A stretch of 64,000 bases of DNA from Acidimicrobiales bacterium (lineage in GTDB: Bacteria; Actinomycetota; Acidimicrobiia; Acidimicrobiales; JAKAVM01): assembly GCA_027452005.1 (NCBI GenBank), contig DAIDHF010000011.1:443-64442 (forward strand), in the 5' to 3' direction. Positions within the stretch are counted from its first letter, which is position 1. Each line of letters starts with the position of its first letter. The translations under genes and the position numbers were made by a program. Shown piece by piece: positions 59,915 through 64,000 of this stretch. Under the pieces are notes generated by a model, which saw only the letters and a program-made list of their open reading frames with translations, did no database searches and was not told the DNA's origin.

Positions 59915-61015
59915 ATGCTCGACCCGCAAACCCTAGCCCGCCTGCAAGACCTAGAAGGTGAGTTCAATCAGGTTGTTACAATGCTGTCTGATGGTCAGGT
60001 AATCTCAGATCCCAACAAGTTGAGATCCTTTTCAAGGCGGCACAAGGAGCTTGATCAGATAGTTAAGGCCTACCACGCATACCAAGGGGCATTAGGAGAC
60101 CTGGAGATTGCCAAGGAACTGTTCTCTGAAAGTTCCGGTGCCGAACGCGACCTTGTCCGCTCTGAATTAGACGAGGCCGAGGGTCATATTGAGGAAATTG
60201 AAGGGGCTCTAAAGTCGTTATTGCTGCCGAAAGACCCCAACGACTCAAAGAGGGTCATTGTTGAGATAGCTGGTGCCGAAGGTGGAGAAGAGGCCAGACT
60301 GTTCGCGAAAGACCTATTTGATATGTACCTGCGCTTTGCTGACCGAAAGGGTTGGAAGGTCGAGCTAATGGGTTCTGTGGACTCCGACCGAGGGGGCTTT
60401 GACAAGGTCAGTTTTATCCTGGACGGGCAAGAGGCCTGGGCGCGCATGAAACACGAGGGCGGCCCACACCGGGTTCAGCGGGTTCCGGTGACCGAGTCTC
60501 AGGGAAGAATTCATACGTCATCTGCAACCGTTACCGTCCTGCCAGAGGCAGACCCACTTGAGGTTCAAATTGACGACAAGGATCTCAAGATCGACATCTA
60601 CCGTTCTGCCGGACCCGGGGGTCAGTCCGTCAACACAACCGACTCGGCCGTGAGAATAACTCATCTCCCAACTGGAATTGTTGTAGCCATGCAAGATGAG
60701 AGGAGCCAACTCCAAAATCGGGCCCGAGCAATGCAGGTCTTGGCTGCCAGGCTCCTTGCGTACGAGACCGAAAAACTGGCTACTGAGAGATCAGCCGATA
60801 GAAAGAACCAGGTCGGAGGGGGGGGCCGGTCTGAGAAGATCCGAACGTACAACTACAAGGATAACCGGGTAACCGACCACCGTATTGGGATGACCCTTTA
60901 CAAGCTGGACCGGGTACTGTTGGGTGAGCTCGATGAACTCTCAGATGCCTTGTTGGCCGATGAGAAATCCAAGCAGTTAGCCCAGTCAGACGGTTCGTCG
61001 CTAAGCTCCGGTTAG
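59915..61015 (+). CDS. prfA: Peptide chain release factor 1
   Basis: 'RVQRVPVTESQGRIHTS' is the RF1 P-x-T tripeptide region, and 'SAGPGGQSVNTTDSAVRITHLPTG' contains the GGQ motif. Confidence 0.95.
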   Translation: MLDPQTLARLQDLEGEFNQVVTMLSDGQVISDPNKLRSFSRRHKELDQIVKAYHAYQGALGDLEIAKELFSESSGAERDLVRSELDEAEGHIEEIEGALKSLLLPKDPNDSKRVIVEIAGAEGGEEARLFAKDLFDMYLRFADRKGWKVELMGSVDSDRGGFDKVSFILDGQEAWARMKHEGGPHRVQRVPVTESQGRIHTSSATVTVLPEADPLEVQIDDKDLKIDIYRSAGPGGQSVNTTDSAVRITHLPTGIVVAMQDERSQLQNRARAMQVLAARLLAYETEKLATERSADRKNQVGGGGRSEKIRTYNYKDNRVTDHRIGMTLYKLDRVLLGELDELSDALLADEKSKQLAQSDGSSLSSG

Positions 61016-61036
61016 CTAGATATCCACTCAAGATAA

Positions 61037-62017
61037 GTGAGCCAGTCACCGATGACGCTTGAGAAATCTGGGTTGCCGATTTGCCAAGGCCTCAGCCTGG
61101 GAGAACTAGTTGGACGACTCAATATGGGCATTCCTAATCGGGAGATTGTCTGGATAGCGGAAAAGTGCCTTGGGCGAGACGATCTTACGTGGGCTCACCT
61201 GGCCGAGGAGATACCCACGGCCAAACAGGCAGCCGAATTTGTCGAGACACTTAACCGGAGACAATCGGGAGAGCCTCTTCAGTACTGTTTGGGGACTTGG
61301 CAGTTTAGGTCGTTAGAACTTTGCGTGGACCCGTCAGTTCTCATACCTCGCCCCGAGACCGAATTACTGGTCGATATTTCTGTGGCCACTCTACGAGAAT
61401 GCATCAATCGTTACGGGGTCTGCTTGAGCGCTGACTCACCCGGCGAGCCTGAACGACGGGTTAGGGTCCTGGATCTGGGGACCGGGTCAGGGGCTATTGC
61501 CCTGGCAATTGCTTGGGAGTTTAGGCTGACCCGTGATCTCCTATCGGTACTCGGAGTCGATCTTAGCCAACCTGCCATCAAAGTTGCCGAGAGAAACTAC
61601 AACTTCCTTGTCGAGCAATGTCCAGAATTCGGCTCAGTTGTGAGATTTCTACAAGGGAGTTGGTATGACTCTTTAGGGATTCGAGATGAAGCTAGTTTTG
61701 ATCTGATCGTCTCAAACCCTCCTTATATCTCTATTCAAGACTACCTAGAACTAGATCCCCAGGTGCGCGACTTTGAACCTGAGTTAGCCCTAGTGGCTGG
61801 CCAGGAAGGTACAGAGTGTCTGGAACAAGTGATCTATGGTGCCCAGAGGTGGCTAAAACCCGGTGGGACTTTGGCGTGTGAGATCGGTGAACGTCAAGGC
61901 CCCCAGGTATTAGCCATGGCAAGATCGGTGGGCCTTGAACGGGTAGGGATTCGCAAAGACCTGGCTGGTCGAGACAGGTACTTAGTCGGTTCGCGACCGA
62001 GGTCATCAGAGTCTTAG
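61037..62017 (+). CDS. prmC: Release-factor glutamine N5-methyltransferase
   Basis: 'VLDLGTGSGAIALA' (SAM motif I) and 'IVSNPPYIS' (NPPY). It sits directly after prfA. Confidence 0.85.
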   Translation: MSQSPMTLEKSGLPICQGLSLGELVGRLNMGIPNREIVWIAEKCLGRDDLTWAHLAEEIPTAKQAAEFVETLNRRQSGEPLQYCLGTWQFRSLELCVDPSVLIPRPETELLVDISVATLRECINRYGVCLSADSPGEPERRVRVLDLGTGSGAIALAIAWEFRLTRDLLSVLGVDLSQPAIKVAERNYNFLVEQCPEFGSVVRFLQGSWYDSLGIRDEASFDLIVSNPPYISIQDYLELDPQVRDFEPELALVAGQEGTECLEQVIYGAQRWLKPGGTLACEIGERQGPQVLAMARSVGLERVGIRKDLAGRDRYLVGSRPRSSES

Positions 62018-62057
62018 CTATCTTTTCTACATGTATCTCATGTGTAATTATTGAGTC

Positions 62058-62756
62058 GTGGCTAGAGTTAGAAGGAATCGAGATCTTGAACCGGAGTTGT
62101 TGGCCTGGTCCGATCGTGCCCTGAGTCAGATTGTTGATTACCTCAACCAAGGAATGATCTTGGCGATCCCGACCGACACCGTTCACGGTCTGGTTTGCCT
62201 TCCTAAAGTACCCGGCACTACTGACCGGCTGTTTGAACTAAAAAATCGCCCTGATAATGTGAACTTGCAGGTGCTTGTAGGATCGATTATTGAGGCACAT
62301 AAGCTATTTTCGTCTCAAAAGGTACCAGGTCTATTGAGGTTGGCCAATGCATTTTGGCCCGGACCCCTAACAATTGTAGACTATCGTAATCCGACTATAA
62401 CCTGGAACCTGGGGGAATCATCAGACACAATCGGGGTCAGGGTGCCAGCCAGTGATCTCGTTCAAGAGATTTGTGGGCGCGTGGGTCCACTAGTAGCTAC
62501 TAGTGTAAACATGCACGGTGAAACCCCACTAAGTTACCCTCGTGAGATTGTCAGAGCATTTCCGGGTGGAGACGACCGATTGAAGGCCGTGGTTGTCATG
62601 GGTCACAGATCACACGTGCAGACCTTTACAAGTCCTGAATCCGGGTTGGCCTCAACGGTGGTAGATGTCACCGGTGGGTATCCCCGAATCCTAAGGTCAG
62701 GAAGTATATCCCTAGATCAGATATCTAATGCCTGGGACGAGCCAGCAGGTTTCTAA
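62058..62756 (+). CDS. L-threonylcarbamoyladenylate synthase (TsaC/YrdC/Sua5 family)
   Basis: 'ILAIPTDTVHGLV', 'LFELKNRP', 'FWPGPLTIV'. GTG start. Same position as Rv1301 after prmC. Confidence 0.85.
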   Translation: MARVRRNRDLEPELLAWSDRALSQIVDYLNQGMILAIPTDTVHGLVCLPKVPGTTDRLFELKNRPDNVNLQVLVGSIIEAHKLFSSQKVPGLLRLANAFWPGPLTIVDYRNPTITWNLGESSDTIGVRVPASDLVQEICGRVGPLVATSVNMHGETPLSYPREIVRAFPGGDDRLKAVVVMGHRSHVQTFTSPESGLASTVVDVTGGYPRILRSGSISLDQISNAWDEPAGF

Positions 62757-64000
62757 AGGGCAGCTATCTCGCCTCCACTGACTATGTCTGCCTTGAGCCC
62801 GATCAACTCCTCAGTTGCTCCCCGGGACATAAGTTCAGGGTCACTAGATGTCACCCAGCACCGGGGCCCGTCAGGGGTAATCGTGGCCGCAACAAACCGC
62901 TCTGGTTCTCCAGACCTGTCATACATAATTGTGTAGCTCTCCACTTCGGCCGGTCCAACGTACTCCTCGATAACTTCTCTAGAGGGCAGGGCATCAACCT
63001 GATCTTGAACATTAGCTGACCTAAACGGCTCGGTGGGTTGGAGGGTTGAGTATACCCCGACAGCGTGCTTGGTTAGATACCACCCGACTGCGTTGACAAA
63101 CCCATAAGTTCCAGGGTCTGACCGTAAACGGTCTACCATCGCCGCAATAGAATGGGTAACGTAATTGTTGCCTGGACCCCCCGCAAATCCAAGTCCACCG
63201 GTGACCGTAACCGGTCTAGATGGGTCGTCAATTGAGACCCCAAGCTCTAGAGCTCCAATCTGGACGGCCGACGGGAAACACGAGTACAAGTCGATATGGG
63301 CCAGTTCGTCTTTGTCGATCCCGGCAAGCCCGAGTGCAGTTGAACTTGCCAGCCTGAGTGCGGGTGAGCTATTTAGAGTATCTCGGTTCGATATAAACCA
63401 GTGATCATGGGCCTCGGCACCTGAGAGCGGAAACACGAATTTGTCTGGCGAGATCCCAAGTGATCTTGCGTTGCCAAGTGATGTTATAATAATGGCCGCA
63501 GCCTGATCGGTTTGTATGTTGGCGTTCATTAGCTTGGTGTAGGGAAAGCTAACCATCCGGTTCGTGGGACCAGGGGTAGCAATAGTAACGGGGTCAACAA
63601 AATTAGGTGACCACGCATACGGGTTCGACTCGGCCACCCTTGAAAAGTCCGACCAGAGTTTGGCTATCATGTCAACGTGTTGGGGGATGGTCAGTCCTTT
63701 TCGGGCTCGCAGGGCATTCTCAAAGATCGGGTAGATTTGAATAGGGACCACCAGGCCTCGGGACATCTCGGCTGGTCCACTTCCCTGGGTGTCCTCACCC
63801 ATCTGAATGGCTTGAGGTGCGGTCTCTTGATCTCTGCGAATCCACTTGCCATGAACGGGTGGGTTGGCCCTCGACTGGAGAAGTCTCGTGTAGACCGCCT
63901 CGGCGCCAACAATGAGAGCCGTGTCTAGCTCACCAGCCTGGATCTTTCGAGCGGCATCATTCACCAGCATCTGAGGGCCGTTTCCCCCGGTAGTGGTCAA
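62753..64000 (-). CDS. Thiolase-like (acetyl-CoA acetyltransferase family) protein; N-terminus lies outside the window
   Basis: 'DLYSCFPSAVQIGALELG' and 'TVTGGLGFAGGPGNNYVTHSIAAM' are thiolase-fold C-terminal motifs. Its stop overlaps the convergent tsaC stop (CTAA). Confidence 0.7.
   Translation of the reverse strand: MTTTGGNGPQMLVNDAARKIQAGELDTALIVGAEAVYTRLLQSRANPPVHGKWIRRDQETAPQAIQMGEDTQGSGPAEMSRGLVVPIQIYPIFENALRARKGLTIPQHVDMIAKLWSDFSRVAESNPYAWSPNFVDPVTIATPGPTNRMVSFPYTKLMNANIQTDQAAAIIITSLGNARSLGISPDKFVFPLSGAEAHDHWFISNRDTLNSSPALRLASSTALGLAGIDKDELAHIDLYSCFPSAVQIGALELGVSIDDPSRPVTVTGGLGFAGGPGNNYVTHSIAAMVDRLRSDPGTYGFVNAVGWYLTKHAVGVYSTLQPTEPFRSANVQDQVDALPSREVIEEYVGPAEVESYTIMYDRSGEPERFVAATITPDGPRCWVTSSDPELMSRGATEELIGLKADIVSGGEIAAL

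Overview
The window is about 64 kb of an actinobacterial-type chromosome. That assignment is an inference from gene order: hom-thrC-rho-rpmE-prfA-prmC-tsaC matches the M. tuberculosis Rv1294-Rv1301 neighbourhood, and a CYP51/ferredoxin/SDR/second-P450/TetR cluster with divergent dehydrogenase genes matches Rv0762c-Rv0771. No rRNA genes or CRISPR arrays were found.

Layout:
- 1-3.7 kb: gltX 3' end, tRNA-Gln and tRNA-Glu. The two tRNAs are split by a CaCA antiporter-like gene and a sphingosine-1-phosphate-lyase-like PLP enzyme.
- 3.7-7.2 kb: a decayed accessory islet next to tRNA-Glu. It holds an IS3-family orfA remnant, a collapsed Phd/VapC module and an intact AbiE-like wHTH plus nucleotidyltransferase pair.
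- 7.3-14.6 kb: a membrane-anchored Cys-pair beta-propeller protein and a 1769-aa secreted BNR/Ig-like protein.
- 14.8-18.9 kb: pterin dehydratase, carboxylesterase, about 1 kb of non-coding DNA with a regulator relic, and an internally duplicated hypothetical protein.
- 19-28.3 kb: the CYP51 supercluster.
- 28.3-44.3 kb: a cell-surface, glycan-active locus. It contains an SGNH esterase, a cytosolic BNR propeller with a GG-ended MoaD-like protein, a clan GH-A lipoprotein, a propeller-GH43-IPT protein, a beta-helix protein and a 2169-aa surface protein with a polytopic C-terminal membrane domain.
- 44.3-64 kb: mostly housekeeping genes. These are a Pho84-type phosphate transporter with a PHO-box-like site, rmuC, a nitronate monooxygenase family gene, a degenerate GGDEF protein, hom, thrC, rho, a GAF-HisKA_3/NarL two-component pair, rpmE, prfA, prmC, tsaC and a thiolase-like gene.

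The most unusual signal is a 42-residue 'GYWLV..DGG[VI]F[AS]FGDA.F.GS' repeat. I cannot assign it to a named family. It forms the C-terminus of four different secreted proteins in the window, and it shows near-perfect intragenic DNA duplications. All calls come from reading the translations and sequence by eye; no database search was run.
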